Assembly: GCA_030619825.1 (NCBI GenBank)
Contig: JAUXAS010000001.1
Span: forward strand, 10,141 to 74,140
Reading direction: 5' to 3'
Source of the DNA: Hadesarchaea archaeon
GTDB taxonomy: Archaea > Hadarchaeota > Hadarchaeia > Hadarchaeales > Hadarchaeaceae
DNA length: 64,000 bases
A program made the translations under genes and the position numbers. The notes beneath the pieces are model-generated. The model had not been told where the DNA came from. It did no database searches and saw only the letters and a program-made list of their open reading frames with translations. Below are positions 31,408-39,511 of this stretch, in pieces (position 1 is the stretch's first letter; each line of letters starts with the position of its first letter).

Positions 31408-31845
31408 ATGACAATTCGAGAGGCTTTCGGCATCGTGGCATTGGTCGTGGTGCTCCAACTCTGTTTAGGCCTGCTCCTCTACGGGCCGCTCAAGCCTGCA
31501 CCGGGCCTTGAACTCTCGGCGATCGTGGTTGCGATCGGGATGATGGCAGCGGTCGCCGGTGGGATCGCGGCGGTTCTCGTTTTCCTCTTCAAACGCTACG
31601 CTTCCGAGCGGACCTTACGGGTGGCGTTGATGACCCTCACCGATGATGAGCGTCGCGTCTTCGAGTCGATCCTGCGGTCGGGCGGCGAGGCCCGTCAGGA
31701 CAAGCTCAGGCGGGAGCTCGACATGTCAAAGTCCAAGTTGAGTGCCCTCGTAAACAACCTCGAGCGGAAGCACACGATAACGAAAGCGCGTTATTTTAAG
31801 ACAAATATTTTGAGGGTGAACGAGGAGTTCGGGGGCGGTGGGTGA
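31408..31845 (+). CDS. membrane-anchored winged-helix (HTH) putative regulator
   Basis: Two predicted TM helices, then a MarR/TrmB-like wHTH (RQDKLRRELDMSKSKLSALVNNLERKHTI). Confidence 0.45.
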   Translation: MTIREAFGIVALVVVLQLCLGLLLYGPLKPAPGLELSAIVVAIGMMAAVAGGIAAVLVFLFKRYASERTLRVALMTLTDDERRVFESILRSGGEARQDKLRRELDMSKSKLSALVNNLERKHTITKARYFKTNILRVNEEFGGGG

Positions 31846-31949
31846 AGCTGGAGCCTCTTCTCCTTAGTAGGGTGACTAAAAGTTCGTTTGTTTATGTTAC
31901 ATACATTGTCCCATTGCGCAAGCCTTGAATAGGTCGGTCGCCTAGGTAG

Positions 31950-32582
31950 ATGGGGGTAGAGTTGAGGGAAATGCTTGAACGAATGCGCAAGCACTTCGAT
32001 GCCCAAGGGGAGCTCCGGGAGCGGGTACTCGACGCCTCGCGAGAGGTCATCAGGGCTTCCGCCCGGGCTATAGCCGCGGCCCATCGAGGTGACCGATCGA
32101 GCGCCGACGAACTCCTAACGAATGCTCGCGATGCACTTACAACTCTCACGAAGGCCGTGAAAGCTGAGCCCCACTTGGCTGATTCCGGCATCATCCTCAT
32201 GGCTTACCAGGAATACGGTGAAGCCTTGGTAGTTCAGGCACTAATCCGGGATGGAAAACTATTGACGCCCGAGGAGCTTAGCATCCCCTACAAACCCTAC
32301 CTCGCGGCCCTCGCCGATGCCGCGGGTGAGCTCAGGCGGCACACGCTTGACTTGATAAGGGCAGACGAGGTTGATCGAGCGGAGCAAGCGCTCAAGTTCA
32401 TGGAGGAAATCTTCGAGCTGCTTATGGAGTTCGACTACCCTGACGCTATTTTACCCGGGATGAAGCGGAGGCAGGATATGGTCCGGCGGGTGCTGGAGAA
32501 AACCCGCGGTGACCTGACGATCGCGCTCAGGCAACAAAGGCTTGAACGGGCGCTTAAACGCGTCAAGTGGGAGAAAAAGTAG
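31950..32582 (+). CDS. all-helical protein, possibly translin family
   Basis: 210-aa helical protein with a YQEYGEALVVQALIRDGKLLTPEEL segment reminiscent of the translin core; weak assignment. Confidence 0.3.
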   Translation: MGVELREMLERMRKHFDAQGELRERVLDASREVIRASARAIAAAHRGDRSSADELLTNARDALTTLTKAVKAEPHLADSGIILMAYQEYGEALVVQALIRDGKLLTPEELSIPYKPYLAALADAAGELRRHTLDLIRADEVDRAEQALKFMEEIFELLMEFDYPDAILPGMKRRQDMVRRVLEKTRGDLTIALRQQRLERALKRVKWEKK

Positions 32583-32724
32583 GTTAATTATTATTTTCGG
32601 CGGCGCCATATCACCAAAATAGCTTAAACGCTGTTCTTTAGAATAAAATTCGGAGAAAAGACAAAGTTCTTTTACTCAAAAAGAAAGAACGAAAGATTGC
32701 AAGAGATATATAGTTGGGGAAAAG

Positions 32725-34308
32725 ATGAAGTTCGATATAAGAAAAATTAAAGAGAAAGCGAAGAAGGACTACGAAAAAGCTTGGTTAGAAACAGCACGGC
32801 TCCTGAAAACAAGAGGCAAGTTTTTCACCTTAATTAAAAAGTCGAGTCAACATCCTCTGCCAGAACTCGCAACTAAAGTGAGGGAAGTTCTTTTAAGCAT
32901 GGGTTTTACTGAAGCTTATCTCCCAACGATAGTCGATGTTAATGAAGTACGGCGCCAATATGGTCCTGAAGCGCTAGTGATCCTAGACAGAGTATTCTTC
33001 CTAGCAAGTCTTGACCGGCCCGATATTGGAATAAGCAAAAATAAACTCGGGAAAATAAATGATATAATCGCCGGGTTCACAAAAGTAGAAAAATTGAAGG
33101 AAATTTTTAGAAAATACAAAAAGGCAGAAATCAGCTCCGATGATTTGATTGAGGTAATGGTCAAGGAGCTTGATGTAGGGGAGGTGCAAGCCACTAAACT
33201 CATCTCAGAAGTTTTTCCTGAGTTTAAGGCGTTGAAGCCACTCCCAACTAACTTGACTTTGAGATCTCACACCACTTCTCTTTGGTTTCCGGTCCTTTCT
33301 GAAATGATCAAACGTGAGTCCCTACCATTACAACTCTTCTCGATTGGTCAAAAGTTTAGAAGGGAGCAGCGACTTGACCCGACGCATCTCTATGAGTCAT
33401 GGACAGCCTCGGTGGTCATCGTTGCTGAAAAGATAAGCCTTGAAGATGGGGAGCGAATAACTCGAGAAATATTGAGCAAGCTGGGATTCGCAGAGGTGAA
33501 GTTCTCGATGAAAGCCGCAACCTCGAAGTACTACGCACCGCGAACGGAATTCGAGGTGTTTGTCAAGCACCCTCGCACGGGAGAGTACCTTGAAGTCGGC
33601 AATGCTGGTTTTTACAGCCCAGTGGCGCTGAGCAATTATGATATCGCTTTCCCCGTCTTCAACCTCGGTATAGGGCTCGAGCGCGTGTTGATGATTGAGA
33701 CCGGTGAGGCGGACATGCGCGTGCTTGTCTACCCTTACCTTTACAAGCCAGCCGAGTTTTCGGACGCGCAATTGGCTAAAATGATCAAGCTCGAGCGCGC
33801 GCCCGAGAGCGAGGTAGGGCGAGAGATCGCTACAGCAATCGCACGCGTGGCCGAGCGGCACGCCAACGAGCCAAGCCCGTGCGAGTTTCCAGCTTTTGAA
33901 GGTAAATTGTTGGATAGGCAAGTGATAGTTAAGGTGATCGAACCAGAGCGTGGCACGAAGCTCATCGGGCCGGCAGGATTCAACGAAGTCTATGTTTATG
34001 GAGGAAACATCGTCGGGGTTCCTCCAAAGGGATGGGAGCAAGATGAGTTTTTGAATGAAGTTCGGACCAAGGGTACTTCGACCGGCATCCGATACATTGA
34101 TGCTTTTGCAGCACTCGTGGCGAGCGAGATCGAGCAAGCTGGTCGCGGAGGCAAACGCCAAGTCAAGGTCCGTGTGAGAAACGTGAAGCTTCCGAGTGAC
34201 CTTAATTTAGCGATTGAGGAGGCAGCGCAGCGCTACGTCACCTCGAACAAGAAGCGCATTGACGTTCGCGGGCCAGTTTTCACAACGGTGGTCGCTGAAT
34301 TCAGCTAG
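32725..34308 (+). CDS. sepS: O-phosphoseryl-tRNA(Cys) synthetase (SepRS)
   Basis: Collinear with methanogen SepRS: TNLTLRSHTTSLWF (cf. TTLTLRSHMTSGWF), class II core, C-terminal IDVRGPVFTTVVAEF. Confidence 0.85.
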   Translation: MKFDIRKIKEKAKKDYEKAWLETARLLKTRGKFFTLIKKSSQHPLPELATKVREVLLSMGFTEAYLPTIVDVNEVRRQYGPEALVILDRVFFLASLDRPDIGISKNKLGKINDIIAGFTKVEKLKEIFRKYKKAEISSDDLIEVMVKELDVGEVQATKLISEVFPEFKALKPLPTNLTLRSHTTSLWFPVLSEMIKRESLPLQLFSIGQKFRREQRLDPTHLYESWTASVVIVAEKISLEDGERITREILSKLGFAEVKFSMKAATSKYYAPRTEFEVFVKHPRTGEYLEVGNAGFYSPVALSNYDIAFPVFNLGIGLERVLMIETGEADMRVLVYPYLYKPAEFSDAQLAKMIKLERAPESEVGREIATAIARVAERHANEPSPCEFPAFEGKLLDRQVIVKVIEPERGTKLIGPAGFNEVYVYGGNIVGVPPKGWEQDEFLNEVRTKGTSTGIRYIDAFAALVASEIEQAGRGGKRQVKVRVRNVKLPSDLNLAIEEAAQRYVTSNKKRIDVRGPVFTTVVAEFS

Positions 34309-35179
34309 TTTTGAAAAGATCCCTGAGTTTTTTCATCCCCTTCCGGCCAGTTTCCAGTGGGTGCTTGGGGTTCCAGAGTTCAGCTATCAGCAACCCACCG
34401 TAGTTTATCGCTCGCAGGGCCTCAACTACGGGTTTGAAATCGATATCGCCATCACCCGGTAGCAGGTGATCATCGTCTTTGCCGTGGTTGTCGTGCACAT
34501 GCACATGAACCAGATGCTCGCGCAGGCCCTCGATGGCTTCAGCGATCGCTAGCCCGGTAGCCTTCCTTCCGGACCTTCGTTCGGCCAGATGGGCGTGTCC
34601 GATGTCGAACGCCACTTTGGCTCCTTCAAGCTCGAGCACGAGTCGCTTGAGTTCTTCGACGGTCGATGGGTAGGTGGCGAGCTGCCCACCCGCATTCTCG
34701 AGAGCTAGGGTCACGCCTCGTTCTCTCGCGTAGGGTAGGCATTGCTCGAGAAACCTGCGATATCGTCGTTTCGCCCCCTCCAAGAAATCCTTGGCCTCTG
34801 GGACGGGGCACCTCCCGAAATGGAGCACGACGATCTCCCCTCCGAGCGCGCGGCAGGCATCAATGCTCCGCCCGACCTGCTTGAGCGTCAGCTTCTGGAG
34901 CTCGCGGTGATGACTGGCTGGATTCAAATCCCAGAAGCTCCCGTGCACCGAAACCCGGAGCCCATGAGCATCGAGGAGTTCCTTTATACCAGAGAGCTTG
35001 CGCTGGTCGTAGTCGGGCGGGAAGTGCGGGGCATCGTAGATTATTTCAACACATTCCGCGCCAAGCTTCGCTGAAAACTTGACAATGTCATCGATGGAGG
35101 CATTTGGAAACAGCAGGGAGGAGAGTCCTAGTTTCATCGCGTTGGGTTTGGATAGTTTTATCTTATCAAACTCCTGCAA
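34301..35179 (-). CDS. sugar phosphate isomerase/epimerase (xylose isomerase-like TIM barrel)
   Basis: AP-endonuclease-2/xylose-isomerase fold motifs (…VHVHVHDN…, …ALENAG…); the start may be the internal ATG (MKLGLSS). Confidence 0.65.
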   Translation of the reverse strand: MQEFDKIKLSKPNAMKLGLSSLLFPNASIDDIVKFSAKLGAECVEIIYDAPHFPPDYDQRKLSGIKELLDAHGLRVSVHGSFWDLNPASHHRELQKLTLKQVGRSIDACRALGGEIVVLHFGRCPVPEAKDFLEGAKRRYRRFLEQCLPYARERGVTLALENAGGQLATYPSTVEELKRLVLELEGAKVAFDIGHAHLAERRSGRKATGLAIAEAIEGLREHLVHVHVHDNHGKDDDHLLPGDGDIDFKPVVEALRAINYGGLLIAELWNPKHPLETGRKGMKKLRDLFKTS

Positions 35180-36003
35180 AATTCTAAATTGTTTTTAAGG
35201 TCTTCCTCGGATGCGTAAACCCCTTTTCTTGTATGGAAAGTTTCTAGGACAACATATCTGCAACTTGTCTTTTTAATTGCCCTAACGATGCTTTCAAAAT
35301 TCAAGTTCCCTTTTCCAATAACAAAGTGATCTATTGGTTTCAAGTTGTCTCCAAGTAAGCAATCGTGGAGGTGAACGGTCAAAACACGATCTTTAAAAAG
35401 GTCGAGCCAATCATCTATCTCCAGTTTTTCGCCTGACCCCCCTTTTGCATGTTGAATTTCCCATTTAGATACAACAGCGTGACCAACGTCGAAGCAAAAA
35501 TTTAGGGCACTGATATTATCTAGAAGAAGCTTGATATCTCTTGGACGCCCGAAGAGGCGGCTAGGATTATTTTCAATCGTAACCGGAAAACTTCCCCCAA
35601 AATTTACTATCGTGCGGGTCGTTTCTAACGCTTTATTAAAAATTTTCTTTCTGATTTCTTCGAAGCTAGAAGTTGTAATGTGTCCGATTTGGTGAAAGTT
35701 GAAATACAGAGGATTAAACCCTTCCGCAAATTTCAAGCATTTTTCGTAAATCTTCAGGCAAGCATCGGAAATCTCATCTCTTGGATGGAAGATAACTTTC
35801 CCAGACCAAGGTCCGTGGAATGATATTTCTAATCCATACTCTTCCTTTAGTTTTTCCAACAATCCTGTCTCCTCACTTGTCAGTTGATCCGGCCAAGGGT
35901 AGTCCAAGGAAAGTTCGACAAAGTCAAATCCCAGCCTACGTGCTTTTTCAAATGTAGGTCGTAGGGGCCTATCCCCATACCAGACACTTGTCGCAAATTT
36001 CAT
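35158..36003 (-). CDS. sugar phosphate isomerase/epimerase (xylose isomerase-like TIM barrel), low-GC paralogue
   Basis: Same fold signature (LTVHLHDC, FDVGHA) but about 40% GC versus ~60% for its neighbour. Confidence 0.65.
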   Translation of the reverse strand: MKFATSVWYGDRPLRPTFEKARRLGFDFVELSLDYPWPDQLTSEETGLLEKLKEEYGLEISFHGPWSGKVIFHPRDEISDACLKIYEKCLKFAEGFNPLYFNFHQIGHITTSSFEEIRKKIFNKALETTRTIVNFGGSFPVTIENNPSRLFGRPRDIKLLLDNISALNFCFDVGHAVVSKWEIQHAKGGSGEKLEIDDWLDLFKDRVLTVHLHDCLLGDNLKPIDHFVIGKGNLNFESIVRAIKKTSCRYVVLETFHTRKGVYASEEDLKNNLEFCRSLIR

Positions 36004-36054
36004 GGTTCAAAATCTGGGATTGGTCCTTAAAAATTCGCCTAGTGGGAGGCAATG

Positions 36055-36717
36055 TCAGTGAGATTTCATCGCCCGCGTGGCGAGTTCGTGGGCGGCTCGC
36101 AAAGGTTCCGGCAGACGAAATCCTCGTGTCGTTTCAAGCGCAATCCGAATGGCCGTTTTGAGCGAAAGTCCGTGGCCGATGCTCACGTATACCGGCCTGT
36201 TGGAGGGCTGCGTTCGAAGCACGGCTCCTATGATTTCCCCGTTATCTTTGAGTAGCGAGCACGCGCCGCGTTCCCGCTTCGGCTCTTCAGCCCTCCCGCA
36301 CAATCTGTTCTTAGCTACCCCTAACGTCGGCTTGTTCAGCGTCACCCCAAGGTGGCATGCCAGACCGGCTCGGCGGGGGTGCGCTAACCCTTGAGCACCT
36401 ACCATGTAAACATCCGCATCCATACCTTTGACTGCCTTCAGCATCCCCTCGAGCTCTCGAAAGGCCAGAAAGGTCGGGATGTATGGGAACCTCATCCTGA
36501 CTCCGACGGCTTTTCGTTCGAGTACCTCAAGACTTTTGTAATCGAGCACCGCGCAGGCGGCGTAGGCCAGCCCGCCTCGCGCGAAGGAGATGTCACACCC
36601 GGCGATGCGCTTGAGCTTCTTGAAACGATTCTTGCGCACTACCCGCTTGGCTACCCGTGCTTGGAGCCGAGCCAACTCGTCGAGGTCCAACTTCGGGGGG
36701 CGTAGGATGGGAAGCAT
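36055..36717 (-). CDS. nfi: endonuclease V (deoxyinosine 3' endonuclease)
   Basis: GCDISFARG, PYIPTFLAFRE, HPRRAGLACHLGV motifs; start placed at the internal ATG (MLPILRP). Confidence 0.8.
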   Translation of the reverse strand: MLPILRPPKLDLDELARLQARVAKRVVRKNRFKKLKRIAGCDISFARGGLAYAACAVLDYKSLEVLERKAVGVRMRFPYIPTFLAFRELEGMLKAVKGMDADVYMVGAQGLAHPRRAGLACHLGVTLNKPTLGVAKNRLCGRAEEPKRERGACSLLKDNGEIIGAVLRTQPSNRPVYVSIGHGLSLKTAIRIALETTRGFRLPEPLRAAHELATRAMKSH

Positions 36718-36778
36718 TTTGGGCACCTTCACTGGCAATTTTGCGGAGAAGTTATTAATTTTGAGCACATAACGGATT

Positions 36779-36961
36779 TTGGTAAATATGCGGGCGAAAG
36801 GGCCAAAGTGCAAGCTTTGCGGCAAGACCGTCCAGCTGATGAGCTACGACGCCGCATATGTCAAAATAGTGAAGCCCGGTGAGGTGAAGGCGAGCTTCGT
36901 CTGCTGGAAGTGCGCGGAGAAACTGCTGGGCGACAAGCTTGGAGAGATCACGAGCGCGTAG
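36779..36961 (+). CDS. small zinc-ribbon protein
   Basis: CKLCG…CWKC four-Cys arrangement; 60 aa; immediately upstream of the primase-polymerase gene. Confidence 0.45.
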   Translation: MVNMRAKGPKCKLCGKTVQLMSYDAAYVKIVKPGEVKASFVCWKCAEKLLGDKLGEITSA

Positions 36962-36979
36962 GGCAAGCTGGGTGAGCTA

Positions 36980-38059
36980 TTGTCGAAAGCGACACCTGAG
37001 GACCACGCGCTCATGACGCTTGCCATCAAACGCCGCGGCAAGTTCGTGGACGTACCACACGTCCAGGAGAAGCTAAACCGCGATGCGGGTGAAAAGTTTT
37101 CGGATGAGGAAACACAAGAACTCCTAGGTGCGCTCGAGAAAAAAGGTTGGGTCGAGAGTAAAGCCGGTGAGTACGCGATTACCGATTCCGGGCGCAAGCA
37201 TTTTGACAAGCGGTGGCGGGATGTCAGGGGGCAGCTGAACCAGGATTACCTCAAGGTCTACCGCGCAAAGCAGTACTATCCCCACGTGGTCGATGCCCTG
37301 CTCGAGTTCTGCCGCGACCGCTGGGTGTCGGTCTTTCGCCTCTTCACCGAGCGCGCGTGGCTCCAGCGAAAGTTAGGCCCCCGCTACATCACGATAAAAA
37401 GTGCGAAGGACGTGCAGCGGTGGCTAGACGTGCACGGCATCGATTTCATCCCTTACATCCACCGCGTGGACGCAGATCGCCCTGACTGGCTCGTGATCGA
37501 CTTCGACGCGGGCAAAAAAGTTGAGCTCGATCGGACGAAGGGGGTGGTCGAAGGGGCATGTAAGGTGCTCGCGGGATACGGAATCGAACCGGCGATCAAG
37601 TTCAGTGGCTCGCGAGGCTTCCAGTTCTGGGCGCAGTTCGAGCGCCATGAGTTGCCGAAGGGGTACAGGCCGAAGCAGCTTCGGACCGAACGAAGGGAGC
37701 GAAATGCTTTTAATTTTTATGCGGACATCGTGCGATTCATCGAGTCACGCGTAGCGGAACGCTTGCCGGGGCTGACGACGGCCGAGACGGCCAAGAAGGA
37801 AGCGCGAACCGACAAAGTCTTGTTCGATGCATCCATCATCAAGCCCATGGGTGACGTGCGGGCACCCTACAGCATGCATTACAAAACGGGGCTAATTTCA
37901 ATGCCGTTGGGGTTGAAGGAGCTCAAGCGTTTCAAGCTCGAGCAGGCAGACCCGGAGCTCGTGGTGAAGCGATATCAGGAGCGGGGGAAAGAGTTCGCAC
38001 TCAGGCCAGCCAATGGCAAAGAACTCTTTGAGGCCGTTGTCGAGTGGTGTAGGAGCTGA
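36980..38059 (+). CDS. archaeo-eukaryotic primase superfamily (Prim-Pol/PriS-like) protein with N-terminal winged-helix domain
   Basis: AEP motif I LVIDFDAG, motif II FSGSRGFQFW (Gln in place of the usual His), motif III DASIIKPMGDVRAPYSMHYKTGL (cf. PriS/LigD-Pol R.P.S.H.KtG). No Zn knuckle between motifs I and II. The N-terminal ~90 aa look like a wHTH. Confidence 0.6.
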   Translation: MSKATPEDHALMTLAIKRRGKFVDVPHVQEKLNRDAGEKFSDEETQELLGALEKKGWVESKAGEYAITDSGRKHFDKRWRDVRGQLNQDYLKVYRAKQYYPHVVDALLEFCRDRWVSVFRLFTERAWLQRKLGPRYITIKSAKDVQRWLDVHGIDFIPYIHRVDADRPDWLVIDFDAGKKVELDRTKGVVEGACKVLAGYGIEPAIKFSGSRGFQFWAQFERHELPKGYRPKQLRTERRERNAFNFYADIVRFIESRVAERLPGLTTAETAKKEARTDKVLFDASIIKPMGDVRAPYSMHYKTGLISMPLGLKELKRFKLEQADPELVVKRYQERGKEFALRPANGKELFEAVVEWCRS

Positions 38060-38075
38060 TTTTTCCTCCTTATAA

Positions 38076-38429
38076 ATGACCTCCACGCAAAGCCTTGGCG
38101 GGGAAATGGGACTGATTCACTACCAGACCCTTGAAACCGTCGGCCCCGAGGAGCTTCGAGCGCTGCGGGCGATCAAGGAGGAGTTCAACGCGCGGCGGGC
38201 ATTCAGTGAGCGCATCAGACTCTGGCGGAAGTCGGACATCCTAGAGGGCATGGAGCCCTGCGGCGCGCGCTGGGGCTTCACCCGGGTGCGGGATGACGAG
38301 GACAAACTTCGAATAGTTTTGACGGTTAGGCGCATGTCGCAGGCGACACCACACCTGACTTGGTTGCTCTGCGATGAGGGCGACGGCAACAGGGAAGTCG
38401 TGCTTAAAGGCGGCAAGCCCGTGGCCTAG
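38076..38429 (+). CDS. hypothetical protein
   Basis: 117-aa ORF between the Prim-Pol and Cas2-like genes; no recognisable motifs; the start may be the internal ATG (MGLIHYQ). Confidence 0.4.
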   Translation: MTSTQSLGGEMGLIHYQTLETVGPEELRALRAIKEEFNARRAFSERIRLWRKSDILEGMEPCGARWGFTRVRDDEDKLRIVLTVRRMSQATPHLTWLLCDEGDGNREVVLKGGKPVA

Positions 38430-38446
38430 TGTCTCAAATAGGACAG
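38429..38446. promoter_or_regulatory. copy A of palindromic motif GTGTCTCAAATAGGACAG
   Basis: Lies at the 5' end of the Cas2-like gene; same motif as at 38690, 38711 and 39431. Confidence 0.4.
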
Positions 38447-38463
38447 GTGATGTCACGGCATAC

Positions 38464-38721
38464 TTGCTGGTCTACGACTTAGATGGTCGAAGCAAGGCAA
38501 GGCGAAGGATGAATCGCTACCTGAAGCGTAATGCGCGGCTAGTGCAACATTCGGTGTGGAGGTTTCAAGATCTGGCTGCGTTGCGAGCTGCTGCCGAGCG
38601 CGTGCTCACGGCGGAGGGCAAGGTACTGGCATTCGTTGAGTCGGATCGGATTCTTCTGACATCGAGGGAGGTTAGACGGCTTTTACCCGGTGTCTCAAAT
38701 AGGACGGAGCGTCCTAAATAG
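38464..38721 (+). CDS. Cas2-like protein (orphan; no Cas1 or CRISPR array in the window)
   Basis: (L)LVYDLDGRSKARRRMNRYLKRNARLVQHSVWRF…VLAFVESDRILL matches the Cas2 N-terminal strand-helix-strand consensus (vYDi..d.rRr.v.k.L..yG.RvQ.SVF). Proposed TTG start. Both gene ends overlap copies of the GTGTCTCAAATAGGAC motif. Confidence 0.5.
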   Translation: MLVYDLDGRSKARRRMNRYLKRNARLVQHSVWRFQDLAALRAAAERVLTAEGKVLAFVESDRILLTSREVRRLLPGVSNRTERPK

Positions 38722-38725
38722 GACA
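38690..38725. promoter_or_regulatory. tandem copies B and C of the motif (GTGTCTCAAATAGGAC-ggagc-GTCCTAAATAGGACA), centres 21 bp apart
   Basis: Two half-site-bearing 15-16-mers two helical turns apart at the 3' end of the Cas2-like gene, upstream of the low-GC membrane-protein gene. Confidence 0.4.
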
Positions 38726-38823
38726 TGTGCTGCAGTTCGCTTCATGCTGAGTTAAGTGAAATGCTCACACGGGGCGCAAAATTATAAAAAATGAAAAATA
38801 CATGAAATCCAAGGAGATAAAAA

Positions 38824-39321
38824 ATGCAAGCAGATAATATCTATAAAGAGAAAATATTCTCAAAAGGTATAACAGGTATATTGTCCGCTGTTACAGCTAG
38901 CTTTCTTTTTGTATTGGTCTATCAGATTTTGGTAGAACCAATTGGCGTTCGTCCTGCACCAAACTGGTTTTTCCTACTTGTGTTTCTACTGTTTCTAGGA
39001 GTTACGATTAATTTTAGTAGACTGGTTATCAGAATGACGCCCCGATCTATCGCTGTTGGTTATGGAATTTTTAAACACACAATCATCTGGGAGGATATCG
39101 AGGGCTGTTATTCAGATGAGGCTTCAACCATTAGATATGGAGGTTGGGGCATACGCTTAGGAAGAGTTAAGGGAAAATGGAGATTGGTGTACAATGTTAT
39201 GGGAAGTCCTCGAGTTGTGCTATCATTGAGGGAAGGTAGATTCAGAGAGTTTGTGTTTTCAACTAAAAGTCCTGAACAAGTAGTAAAAGTAGTTAAGCAA
39301 CAGATAGGTGGAATAAAATGA
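38824..39321 (+). CDS. membrane protein with C-terminal PH-like (bPH/DUF304-type) domain, low-GC
   Basis: Two TM helices, then a small beta-rich domain; about 38% GC; own AT-rich promoter; flanked by GTCCTAAATAGGACA direct repeats. Confidence 0.45.
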   Translation: MQADNIYKEKIFSKGITGILSAVTASFLFVLVYQILVEPIGVRPAPNWFFLLVFLLFLGVTINFSRLVIRMTPRSIAVGYGIFKHTIIWEDIEGCYSDEASTIRYGGWGIRLGRVKGKWRLVYNVMGSPRVVLSLREGRFREFVFSTKSPEQVVKVVKQQIGGIK

Positions 39322-39430
39322 ACACCCCTTTGTTCGCACTATCACCTAACACAGCATACACGGCTCACTTCGTTCGCCAAAATTCTTGCCCCACCTAAAT
39401 GGGATGGCCGGTGAAGAACTGCCGATGGTG

Positions 39431-39448
39431 GTGTCCTAAATAGGACAC
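39431..39448. promoter_or_regulatory. copy D of the motif, perfect-arm palindrome GTGTCC-TAAATA-GGACAC
   Basis: About 80 bp upstream of the comC-like ATG, at the right edge of the low-GC cassette. Confidence 0.4.
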
Positions 39449-39511
39449 ATGATACCAGCCACTTTTTTATTGCTTGGGCGATGAAATTTTAAGGCACGTG
39501 TTCGAGAGAGC

